The notes under the pieces were generated by a model that saw nothing but the letters and a program-made list of their open reading frames with translations, had not been told where the DNA came from and did no database searches. From the IMG/VR virus record IMGVR_UViG_3300029133_000263: a stretch of DNA of 64,000 nt, one strand, 5' to 3'. Made by a program: the position numbers and the translations under genes. Shown here piece by piece: positions 1 to 8,829 of the stretch. Source of the DNA: a virus. Position 1 is the first letter of the stretch. The number at the start of each line of letters is the position of its first letter.

Positions 1-1
1 T

Positions 2-160
2 CGTTCTAATTCCCAGCCTCAGCAGAAAAACGCTTATGAAGGAAAATCGTTCCGTGAAAGCAACTTTCGAAATGAGCGGAACAACAGGTTCCAGCAAATG
101 ATGCAAGGGAATAAGAATCGCAACGGTTCGAAAAACAAAAAGGATAAGCCGTCCAAGTAA
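2..160 (+). CDS. 3' end of an upstream gene (partial; Asn/Lys/Arg-rich tail)
   Basis: frame open from the window edge to TAA at 158-160; no start visible. Confidence 0.25.
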   Translation, partial: RSNSQPQQKNAYEGKSFRESNFRNERNNRFQQMMQGNKNRNGSKNKKDKPSK

Positions 161-306
161 TTCTTAGACGATACCCTTTTCCCGACTTTCGAAAGAAAGC
201 CGGGTGTCTCACGAAAAAGCCAGCACCTCCACGGGGTGTGAGATGGAAATGTGCAGAATCTTCTACACAGCTGAGACTGGCTTGATTAAGGAAGGAGTGG
301 TGTAAA

Positions 307-2031
307 TTGAGTAATTTAACCGATGAAGCGGTCAATGACGCAAAACAGGGAGCTAAAGCAGTTTCCTCAACAGTACATGCTGTAAAACAAGGCGTTAAGG
401 ATGCTAAGGTCATTGGTAAAGCGGCGGGACAAGCAGCAGCAGGCGATTTTGCCGGTGCTGCTGCCACCATGGTTTCACATCCAGAGACACTGATTAAAGT
501 TATCGCAGTAGTTATTGTTATTGCGCTTATTCCGGTTCTTTTGCTGCTTTTTGGATTTATGTTTATTACTCAAATTCCAGGCACAATTGCAGAAACGACA
601 ATGAGTGCTTTAGGAGAATCGGTTGATGAAGTTGTACTTGAATGGGAGGATTTCAAGGCTCAGCTATCCAATGGCATTGATGACTTTTTGACCTGGATTA
701 CAACAGGGGAAAAAGGCGATGCATCGCAAGCGTATCAGGATGATATTGCGATTGCTTCGGATGAAATTTTCCAATCCTACATGGGAACATCAAATGTTAT
801 TGTTGCGGTTCTGAATAACTACTTCAGAGATGCGTACGACAAATATTCGGAAGACATGAGGTCAAAAGCCCAGGAAGAGGTTGATAAAGCCAAAGACGCT
901 GCTATTGCGAATGGCGTTACGATGGATAATATTTCTTACACCATTCACAAAGACTTGTACGATGGTAAAAATTATCTTAACTGGACATTCTACATTATGG
1001 CCGGAGATAGTTATGCGGCACGTACGGAGGATGGGCTCCATTTCCGGGTCCCTAAGATGGTGAAAGCAGCCCGAGAGCTTGTCGGAGACAAAGTCTGGAA
1101 AACGGAAGCCACAACAACTACAACTTATGGCAAAAAGACCGTCACCAAAATGGAGCCTAAAATGGATGAAGACGGAAATCCGGTTTTTGATGAAGATGGA
1201 ACAATCGTGATGGAGCGCGTAAGTGAAGTAGTGAAGACCGCAACCATCACATGTACCTACAAAGTTTCCCCCTTGGAAGCAGCTAAGAAGAAAATTATGG
1301 AATACTACAATGTTCCGCAAGATGAGGACACGGTTGAGAGTGATACTTCCGAAGCCGACCTTTTTGATGAAGAAGCTGCGACAATGCGGCAGCTGTATAA
1401 TGCCGCTGAAGCAGATTTCGAAGGGGATTCTTCGTTGGATATCGGGGCTGGTGATAGCACTGGTGGCGCTGGTACTGGCACAGTTATCAGCGGTTCTATT
1501 AAGCAAATGATTGAGCAGTTTTATGCAAACCATTCCGACGAACTGTTTGAGTGCCCGGCTTCGGGCCTTCTCCCTGGACCGTGGAGCGGCTGGAAGGCCA
1601 AGGTTACATCCAGCTGGCAATCGCCTCGTGGCGATACGAAGCACAATGGCACTGATATTGTTCCCCCTCATTCGATATATCCAATGAGTGCGCCGTTTAA
1701 GGGTATCATTGTTGGTAAACAGGATGGTTATTCAAACGGTGTGCTTGTTACAAAAGGGAATGGTCAACGCGGTAACATGCTGATGATTTATTACGGGGAA
1801 CGCGGTGGTGTAGTTCCGGGCGAAAAGAATGGCGTTTTCATTCTGTATCAGCATTTGAGCCCGGGCCTTTCGTACAATGTTGATGATACAATTTCTGCTG
1901 GCGCAAAAATCGCTACTACCGGCTACAGTGGCTATTGTCTTAGTAGTCATGGTGGAACGGGTGAACACTTGCACCTTGAACTTTATTACGGCGAAACCCA
2001 AAAAGACCCTGAAATTGAAATGAGCAACTAA
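307..2031 (+). CDS. conjugation-associated cell-wall hydrolase: N-terminal TM anchor, C-terminal M23/LytM peptidase domain
   Basis: TTG start; hydrophobic segment LIKVIAVVIVIALIPVLLLLFGF; C-terminal HNGTD (HxxxD) and HLHLE (HxH) motifs typical of M23 metallopeptidases; position at the head of a T4SS gene block. Confidence 0.75.
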   Translation: MSNLTDEAVNDAKQGAKAVSSTVHAVKQGVKDAKVIGKAAGQAAAGDFAGAAATMVSHPETLIKVIAVVIVIALIPVLLLLFGFMFITQIPGTIAETTMSALGESVDEVVLEWEDFKAQLSNGIDDFLTWITTGEKGDASQAYQDDIAIASDEIFQSYMGTSNVIVAVLNNYFRDAYDKYSEDMRSKAQEEVDKAKDAAIANGVTMDNISYTIHKDLYDGKNYLNWTFYIMAGDSYAARTEDGLHFRVPKMVKAARELVGDKVWKTEATTTTTYGKKTVTKMEPKMDEDGNPVFDEDGTIVMERVSEVVKTATITCTYKVSPLEAAKKKIMEYYNVPQDEDTVESDTSEADLFDEEAATMRQLYNAAEADFEGDSSLDIGAGDSTGGAGTGTVISGSIKQMIEQFYANHSDELFECPASGLLPGPWSGWKAKVTSSWQSPRGDTKHNGTDIVPPHSIYPMSAPFKGIIVGKQDGYSNGVLVTKGNGQRGNMLMIYYGERGGVVPGEKNGVFILYQHLSPGLSYNVDDTISAGAKIATTGYSGYCLSSHGGTGEHLHLELYYGETQKDPEIEMSN

Positions 2032-2048
2032 CCAAAGAAAGGAGTAAG

Positions 2049-2083
2049 GCCCCACCTGAGATAAAAGTGGGGCCGCTTTTATT
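2049..2083 (+). terminator. intrinsic terminator / attenuator between the hydrolase and lipoprotein genes
   Basis: GGCCCCAC...GTGGGGCC stem followed by GCTTTTATT. Confidence 0.55.
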
Positions 2084-3490
2084 ATGGACAACTTTATGAA
2101 AAGCGCCGCCATTTTGGGCGCTTGCCTTTGCTGTCTGACTGCTTGTAAAGGAAACAGCGGAAACGGCAGCACAAATGCTACCAGTTCCACTGCACCGACC
2201 CCGTCCATTCAAAGCACGCCTGAACCGTCTTCGAATCCCGATATTGGCGGTGATGTGGATACATCGGGCGGCACCCAAATGAAGGATGGCGAAATCGTTC
2301 TGACCAAGTTGAATGTTAAGAGTCCAAACAATCTTGATTGCAACGGATACAAGGAAGTGAAAATGGGCGATGGCTCTCCTTTATATAAGGAGAAGGCTCA
2401 GGTAATTGAAAGCATGGGCTTGATTCCGTATACGGATGATAACGGAAACGGCCTTGAGATTTTCAGCGGCCATACCGTATATCTGCGTCCGAACCCGGAA
2501 TACATGGAGCCGGAAGAGACTCCCGTTCCTGACGATGAAGCCTCGGAAAGTGAGACTGTGGATGAGACGCAGATTTCCTCCGATGACTCTGCGTCAAGTG
2601 AAGAATCCGATGGCACGGTTTTGGGCGTTGATGAGAAGGATATCGTTTCGGAATCCGGACACTTTGATGCTGATGGGAACTATGTTGTCGATAGAGTGAG
2701 CACGACTGGATATGACGATTCGAACGGCTATAGCGTTGACGATGAATATTTGAAGTGCATTGTTTCCGGCGAGGAAGTCTATGAGCTTGACAAGGATTCG
2801 CTTGCCATCGATTATCCGACAGATTTCTCACAGCTTCGAAAAGAAGGTTCTTGCGAGCGGCTTTACATCTTCAATTCTCAGGAAGAATACGACCAGGCAA
2901 TCAAGAATCGAGAAGATGGTCAGGCTATCCTGAAAGGCGAAAAGACCGCTCCCACGAAATGCGTTATCTTGAACGGCTCTTTGGTTCCGGGCATGCACTT
3001 CTCCATCAACAGCGATGGCCGCCTGTGCGTTTCGGTTCGAGCATTGGCCGAGGCTTACGACAGCAATACGCAATATGCAGAGGACGCGGGTCTTCTCTAT
3101 GTGCCCATCACTTATGGGCATTGGGAATATGTGCCGTCCGCAAGAGCTTTGACCAAAGCAAGCGAGTATTTTGAAATCCACGGTGACAGGAAAACCTTCA
3201 AATATACGTCGCGCAATACATCGGATGCCTGGACCGATACGATGACGCTGGCCCAAGATAATACGTTCACAATGCCGATTGAAGACGTTTCGAGAATCTT
3301 TGGCTGGGAATTCTGGTACAACGATAATATTTTGAAGGTCGTCACGGATTCTCTTGACGATACAAACCCTAACAACTTTATCTTGCAGGAAGTGGATACG
3401 ACCGTTACAGAAGGAGAAGTTGAGGATTTGGATACTTCCGACAGCGAAGAAGAAACCGAAAACACTGACAGTGAGGTGGACAACCAGTGA
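2084..3490 (+). CDS. acidic Ser/Asp/Glu-rich surface lipoprotein
   Basis: signal peptide with lipobox LCCLTAC-KG; long low-complexity acidic regions; 4-nt overlap with the next gene. Confidence 0.65.
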   Translation: MDNFMKSAAILGACLCCLTACKGNSGNGSTNATSSTAPTPSIQSTPEPSSNPDIGGDVDTSGGTQMKDGEIVLTKLNVKSPNNLDCNGYKEVKMGDGSPLYKEKAQVIESMGLIPYTDDNGNGLEIFSGHTVYLRPNPEYMEPEETPVPDDEASESETVDETQISSDDSASSEESDGTVLGVDEKDIVSESGHFDADGNYVVDRVSTTGYDDSNGYSVDDEYLKCIVSGEEVYELDKDSLAIDYPTDFSQLRKEGSCERLYIFNSQEEYDQAIKNREDGQAILKGEKTAPTKCVILNGSLVPGMHFSINSDGRLCVSVRALAEAYDSNTQYAEDAGLLYVPITYGHWEYVPSARALTKASEYFEIHGDRKTFKYTSRNTSDAWTDTMTLAQDNTFTMPIEDVSRIFGWEFWYNDNILKVVTDSLDDTNPNNFILQEVDTTVTEGEVEDLDTSDSEEETENTDSEVDNQ

Positions 3491-5655
3491 CCAAATGGAA
3501 CGAATTCAAAACGAAAATTCTGATGCTGTCAAAGGGAGAAAAGCTCGTACTTTTGTTCTGCTTTTCCTTCCTTGTCAGCCTTTTCCCGGCAGGATGTATT
3601 GCGAAAGTCTTTGTCGGGGAATGGAATGCGGGGCTTTTGCGGGGGTTCGTGCTTGCCTTGACGACAGGCTACGGCATTGTGACGGCACTTGTCTTTGCGT
3701 GTGCCATTACATTCATTATTATCCGGTTTTCCGTCAATAACACAGACCTCAACGCAACCAAAGAAGTTGATGACCGTGGCGTTGCAACGTCTATGGCAGG
3801 CACATACGGCACAGCTCGCTGGATGAATGAAACGGAAGCCAAAAAAGTCTATGAGGTTGGTCCTGTCGAAAACGTAACGGGTACGATTCTTGGACAATTC
3901 ACGCAAGACGGTGAGGAAGTCATCGCGCTTCCTTTTGAACCTACCGGCAACCGAAACCTTATCCTTATCGGACCTCCGGGTTCAGGTAAGTCTTTTGGCT
4001 ATGTCAGAACGGCGGTATTCCAATCTATTGTGCGTGGCGAATCGGTTGTAGTCACTGACCCGAAAGGCGAAATCCACAACGATATGCGTAAACTTTTGGA
4101 GTCCCGTGGTTATAAGGTCAAGGTCTTTAACCTTATCAATCTGGACCTTTCTAATGCGTGGGATTGTGTTCAGGAAATCTACGACCCGATTACTGGTAAC
4201 ATTGATGACCAGCGTGTGATTACCTTCTGTAAGACCGTTATTGCTAACACGGGAGGCGGTGCAAACAGTAAGGGCGACCCGTTCTGGGAAAGCTCGGAAG
4301 AAAACTTGTTCCGCGTTGCTGTTTCCTATTGTGCGTATATCCGTGAAAAGAGCTTAATTGAGATTTATGAGCGCCGTGCAAAAGAGCTTTTGACTCAGCT
4401 GCCGTATATCACTCAGGAAGATGAGCAATCTCTGATTGAGATTGTAAAGAACCCGGAATCCGCCATGGTGGATAGACGCCGAGTTGTAGAATATCTTGCT
4501 CATTCGTTCTATGGCGATGAAGAAGGGAACAGAAAACTCTCTGAATGGGAGGAGGATGCTCCGACCTGTAACATCTCCGATATCTATGACGCGCTGCTTC
4601 ACAACGACCTGGATAAATGGGAAGCAAACTTCAAGTATGTACCGCTGAGCCATCCGGCCGCATCTGCATGGGCAGTGTTTAAGGGTATGGGTGAGCGCGT
4701 ACAGCCCAACATTGTTGGCGGCTTGAATACTCGACTCCAGCTGTTCATGACCTACAAGGTTCGCCGCGTTATCAGTAACGATGACATTCGCCTGGCAAAT
4801 CTTGGCGCGGAAAAAACCGCATTGTTCCTTATCATTTCCGATGATAACGCTTCTATGCAGCTGCTTTCCTCTCTGCTTTTGAGCTTCCTGTTCAAAGACC
4901 TGAAAGAAGCTTTCGATGCAGTTGGTGGTGAAGGACGCATCCCGGTCAACGTTGTTGCGGACGAGTTGGCAAACACTGGCGTCTGGCCGAACTTTGAAAA
5001 GACGATTGCTACTGCACGTTCTCGTAAGATTGCAGTTTCCCTCATTTTGCAAAGTTTGCCGCAGTTGACTCAGTTGTACGGCGAAGAAAACGCCGAAACT
5101 ATCATCGGCTGCTGCAATACGATGCTGGTTCTGGGCTGTAATGATAAGTATACAGCCGAATACATTTCCGATAAGAGCGGCATTGTTACGATTCGCGCTA
5201 AGAGCGTCAGCGATACTCGTGCTTCCTCTGCCGGAAATCGCGGCGTGATGCAAGGGTATTCGCTCAGTGAAGGCGACGGCAAACGCAATCTTGTGAATCC
5301 TGATGAAGTTCAGCATTTGGACAAGGAACAGATTTTGATTATGACGAATGGCCAGAACATGTTGGAAGCCAAGCGCTTCGGATTTATTCATCATCCTCTG
5401 TTCAATGACCCGCATTTTGTCCCCACCAAATGGGCAGAACTTCCGAAAACCGCAGACCTTTATCCCAATGCCCGGAAACACGACGCAATTGAATCCCGTG
5501 AATCGTCGTTCGGTGATATCCAGCGCCAGAAAGAAATCAATACAGATATTACGCAGAAGCGTTCCGAAGAGCGCATGAAACCGCGTTTGTCCAAGAAAGA
5601 TTTGCTGGCTACGGATGAACCTGCTCCCAAAAAGAAAAACGCATTCAAAAAATAA
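3487..5655 (+). CDS. type IV secretion coupling protein (VirD4/TraG/TraD family ATPase)
   Basis: GTG start overlapping the upstream stop; N-terminal TM helices; Walker A LILIGPPGSGKS; 722 aa; genomic context. Confidence 0.8.
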   Translation: MTKWNEFKTKILMLSKGEKLVLLFCFSFLVSLFPAGCIAKVFVGEWNAGLLRGFVLALTTGYGIVTALVFACAITFIIIRFSVNNTDLNATKEVDDRGVATSMAGTYGTARWMNETEAKKVYEVGPVENVTGTILGQFTQDGEEVIALPFEPTGNRNLILIGPPGSGKSFGYVRTAVFQSIVRGESVVVTDPKGEIHNDMRKLLESRGYKVKVFNLINLDLSNAWDCVQEIYDPITGNIDDQRVITFCKTVIANTGGGANSKGDPFWESSEENLFRVAVSYCAYIREKSLIEIYERRAKELLTQLPYITQEDEQSLIEIVKNPESAMVDRRRVVEYLAHSFYGDEEGNRKLSEWEEDAPTCNISDIYDALLHNDLDKWEANFKYVPLSHPAASAWAVFKGMGERVQPNIVGGLNTRLQLFMTYKVRRVISNDDIRLANLGAEKTALFLIISDDNASMQLLSSLLLSFLFKDLKEAFDAVGGEGRIPVNVVADELANTGVWPNFEKTIATARSRKIAVSLILQSLPQLTQLYGEENAETIIGCCNTMLVLGCNDKYTAEYISDKSGIVTIRAKSVSDTRASSAGNRGVMQGYSLSEGDGKRNLVNPDEVQHLDKEQILIMTNGQNMLEAKRFGFIHHPLFNDPHFVPTKWAELPKTADLYPNARKHDAIESRESSFGDIQRQKEINTDITQKRSEERMKPRLSKKDLLATDEPAPKKKNAFKK

Positions 5656-5856
5656 ATAGTTTGTTCCTTAACCCCTGGTTACTGATTGTGTGACCGGAGG
5701 TTTTCTTTTTCCCTGATTCGCTCCATGCGGGTCAGGAACCACACAAATCGACAGCCTCCGCGCGGCGTGTGGTGGACAGTGCCCGAATCCTGCTACCGGG
5801 CAGCGACAAATGTCGATAATCTCATATTTCTTTTTAATACAAAGGAGACAAATACC

Positions 5857-6993
5857 ATGAACGAAAATGAAATGCTGAATCCCACTGCCGTTGAAACCAA
5901 TGAAGCTGCTGTCGCTGCTGCGCCTGGAGAAAATGTAAACGCCGCGCCGGTATCTGAACCGCAGGAACCGAAAGAGGCTACCGAAGCAGCTCCCGCCGAT
6001 GAGGGCGTTGACGAAGAAGTCAATGAGGTTCCTCGTGCGACTCGCCGCTTCAATGATGATGACTTGGCGATTGGTGCTTTCATTGATGACGGCAACGATA
6101 TGCTGCATGTCGATATGCCCGAAGACCGCCGCGCTCGTGACCTGGCTGAGATGCGCCGCTGCGTTGCTGACAACAAGCACGGTCCTCGACGCTTCCTGCA
6201 GGGCAAGGTCTTTGGCGTTCGCCCGGTTCAGAACGGCAGCGCTGTCGTTGAAGTGAGCCGTGGCACGCTGCGCGTCATGATTCCGGCAGAGGACTTCTTC
6301 TACTTCAGTCTGATGAAGGGCATTGAGGAGAACGATGCGACTACCCGGCAGCGCCGTTATCTGCGTAAGGCAAAGCTGATGAATGGCGCTATCATCAACT
6401 TCTGCCCGTACATGGAAGCCAAGTCTGAGGATGGCGAGGTCGTATTCGCTGGCTCTCGTCAGGACGCTATGCAGCTCCAGCGCAACCGTCACTTCTTTGG
6501 CCGTAATGCGGATGTTCAGAACGGCTCCCGCGCTATCGCTTCTATTCTGTCCAGCGGCCCGGATTACGTCATCGCTGAAGCTCTGGGCGTTGAGACCAGC
6601 ATCGGTGCTGGTGCTCTGTCTGCTTACGAGTATATCGACGATGTATCCAAGAAGTTCCATGTCGGTGAAGGCATTCCCGTGGTCATCGAAGACCTGAACG
6701 TGGATAACGAAAATGGCACTGTCAGCATGCGCATGAACCGCGCTATCCTGGAACGCCGCGCTAATCCCGCAATGAACATCCACAGCCTGGCTCGCAACGG
6801 CGCTTACGGTGCTACCGTGACTTCCGTTCAGGACAACTACTACCGCCTGATTGTGGATGTCGGCAACATTCAGGCTCGCGTTGCTCGTACCGCTTCCGAT
6901 GAACTGCTGACTCGCGGCGACCGCGTGACGCTGCTTGTCTACGGTTACGACGATAAGCGCAACTACGTTTGGGGCGCTTGCCATAAGGCGTAA
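5857..6993 (+). CDS. hypothetical acidic protein of the transfer region
   Basis: ATG at 5857 with AAGGAGA upstream (ORF extends to 5686); no recognisable motif. Confidence 0.5.
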   Translation: MNENEMLNPTAVETNEAAVAAAPGENVNAAPVSEPQEPKEATEAAPADEGVDEEVNEVPRATRRFNDDDLAIGAFIDDGNDMLHVDMPEDRRARDLAEMRRCVADNKHGPRRFLQGKVFGVRPVQNGSAVVEVSRGTLRVMIPAEDFFYFSLMKGIEENDATTRQRRYLRKAKLMNGAIINFCPYMEAKSEDGEVVFAGSRQDAMQLQRNRHFFGRNADVQNGSRAIASILSSGPDYVIAEALGVETSIGAGALSAYEYIDDVSKKFHVGEGIPVVIEDLNVDNENGTVSMRMNRAILERRANPAMNIHSLARNGAYGATVTSVQDNYYRLIVDVGNIQARVARTASDELLTRGDRVTLLVYGYDDKRNYVWGACHKA

Positions 6994-7166
6994 CTGAAAC
7001 CCGGCCACTTACTTTTCTGGCGAGTGGCCGGATACCGCGCATTGTCATCAGCCTTCTCGCGGCGCGTGGTGAGCAACTGCAAAAATTGCAGGCCAATGAT
7101 GACTCTTGTTAAAAATGAATTTATTAAGTGGTGACGAGGTGATTTTTTGTGAGTAGGTGTGCGAAT

Positions 7167-7490
7167 ATGCGGTCGGGAATGTTTCATACGACAATAAATG
7201 ACACAGAAATTTTTGTTACGTGCAGTATAAATGGGCCATGCGTCAAACTGACGGTCTCTGCGTTCTTTGAAAGTGATTTATCTGATATGTGCAGTCAGAT
7301 GCAGGCAATGAAAAGCGAGCCGGTTTTGCTTTCAATGGATGTCTATAAAAACGGTACAGTAGCAAACATCAGCGCTGTTGGATTATTGTCCAGAAAAGAA
7401 AAGGAAGACCAGAATATGCTGATGCAGCTATATCGTAATTGCTGCGCCGCAATGCTTGTATTGGCTCGGCAAAAGGGGGAAGAAGCATGA
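7167..7490 (+). CDS. hypothetical small protein
   Basis: ORF overlapping the downstream start by ATGA; weak RBS. Confidence 0.25.
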   Translation: MRSGMFHTTINDTEIFVTCSINGPCVKLTVSAFFESDLSDMCSQMQAMKSEPVLLSMDVYKNGTVANISAVGLLSRKEKEDQNMLMQLYRNCCAAMLVLARQKGEEA

Positions 7491-8824
7491 GTAAAGAAGA
7501 GCAGAAGCCAAATATTTATCAAATCCCCAAAAACTCGTTTGATACCGGGTATGTGTTGAACGGACAATTCAAAACTCGAAACTTCGTTGAAGGTATCATC
7601 CTGGCACTACCGTTCTTGGGAATTTTCATTTATGGATGGCATGATTTGGGATGGGATGTACAAAGTACCGTGGCCTATTGCGCAATACTCTGTGCTGCTG
7701 CTTTCCTTGGTGCAGCTCACGGTGTTGGCGGCGATAGCTTGTTTGAGTTTATTCAACGTGTTATCCGTTTCCGGCAAAGTCGCAGAATCTCAAAATACAA
7801 TCCTCGTATCAAAACCGAACTTGAACCGGAATATCTGATTCATGACGGGCGGATGCTTCCGAAAGACAAGCTCAAGCAAATGCTTGGCACTGTAAAGGGA
7901 AAAGTCCTTGGTGAAGAGAACGGTCCTATCAGTTCCGATATTACAGATGAAGAGCTCAAGGTCTTCTACGATGATGACTATGGATTCCTGGAAAAACCGG
8001 ATGCCCTCAAATCTAAAGCAGAACTCCGTGCTGAAGCAAAACAGCGTGCGAAAGAAGAGAAGGAATACATTAACTCTTTGCCCCGTTCTGAACGCAAGGC
8101 TGCCAGAGAAGAAATCAAGCGTAAGCGTGAGCAGGAAGAGGCTGAGAAGAAGGCAAAAGAAGCAGAGCGCGAACGCATTATTAACGAAGCTATCAAGAAG
8201 CGTCTGGATAAAGCCGAGCGTGTTAAGACCGCACAGTATTACGAGAAGTTCATGGACCCCGACAATGAGCAGGAAAATAACAAGCCGGAAGAGAATAACG
8301 CTGAACTAAATCCTCAGGCTGTAGAGTTCAAGCCCGTCACTGTAGGGCCGAGCAATAATGCGGTTCAGGATGATGTCGATATCTTTGACAGTGAAGAAAG
8401 CATCGACACCGATGAAGTAGAAGCGAATGTGCAAGCAGATGCGGATACAGAGCTGTTTGAGGACGGCACTGATACCGATATCCAAGCCCCGCAGATTGAT
8501 GATGTAGTCTTTGACGATGAAACGGAAGTACTTGACGTCGATGAGGACTTGGATGACTTATCGGTTGATATCCAGGATACTCAGTCTGCACAGCCCGCAA
8601 AGCAGGGCAGGGGACAAGTCGTGAACAGCGATGACGATGTCAGCTTGGATGATGTAGACCTTTTCGATGACACCACGGTCAGCCGCACAGAGGAAAGACC
8701 TCAGAACGTCAAAACCTCTGGAAAGACGATGGGCTCGCAAAAGCAGCCGCAAACCACACAGAACAACAGCGATATTGATTATATGTCCTTGAATGACATT
8801 TCTATCTTTGATAGTGAGGAGTGA
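7487..8824 (+). CDS. PrgI/VirB3-like T4SS membrane protein with long coiled-coil and acidic C-terminal tail
   Basis: RBS AAAGGGGGAAG; two TM segments near the N-terminus; Lys/Glu coiled coil then Asp-rich tail; immediately precedes and overlaps the VirB4 gene. Confidence 0.55.
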   Translation: MSKEEQKPNIYQIPKNSFDTGYVLNGQFKTRNFVEGIILALPFLGIFIYGWHDLGWDVQSTVAYCAILCAAAFLGAAHGVGGDSLFEFIQRVIRFRQSRRISKYNPRIKTELEPEYLIHDGRMLPKDKLKQMLGTVKGKVLGEENGPISSDITDEELKVFYDDDYGFLEKPDALKSKAELRAEAKQRAKEEKEYINSLPRSERKAAREEIKRKREQEEAEKKAKEAERERIINEAIKKRLDKAERVKTAQYYEKFMDPDNEQENNKPEENNAELNPQAVEFKPVTVGPSNNAVQDDVDIFDSEESIDTDEVEANVQADADTELFEDGTDTDIQAPQIDDVVFDDETEVLDVDEDLDDLSVDIQDTQSAQPAKQGRGQVVNSDDDVSLDDVDLFDDTTVSRTEERPQNVKTSGKTMGSQKQPQTTQNNSDIDYMSLNDISIFDSEE

Positions 8825-8829
8825 AGCCT

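Noticed and set aside
862-1671. Long antisense ORFs (862-1671, 4354-5481, 5668-7008, 19182-19895, 31373-32668, 41408-42526, 54331-55332, 39728-40522, 18442-19044 and 6-470, all minus; 44493-46289 plus)
   Set aside because: They lie entirely opposite well-supported genes with motifs and RBSs. Their compositions are low-complexity or Arg/Cys-rich, typical of shadow frames.
7010-7040. Perfect 9-bp stem CCGGCCACT..AGTGGCCGG after the 5857-6993 gene as a terminator
   Set aside because: No U-tract follows on either strand. It may be a protein-binding inverted repeat or a weak terminator, but is not convincing.
7147-7166. Extra copy of the family promoter (TTGTGA..GTGTGCGAAT at 7147-7166)
   Set aside because: The spacing is wrong (two extra nt) and no -10 hexamer follows. 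It is probably a chance occurrence of GTGCGAAT.
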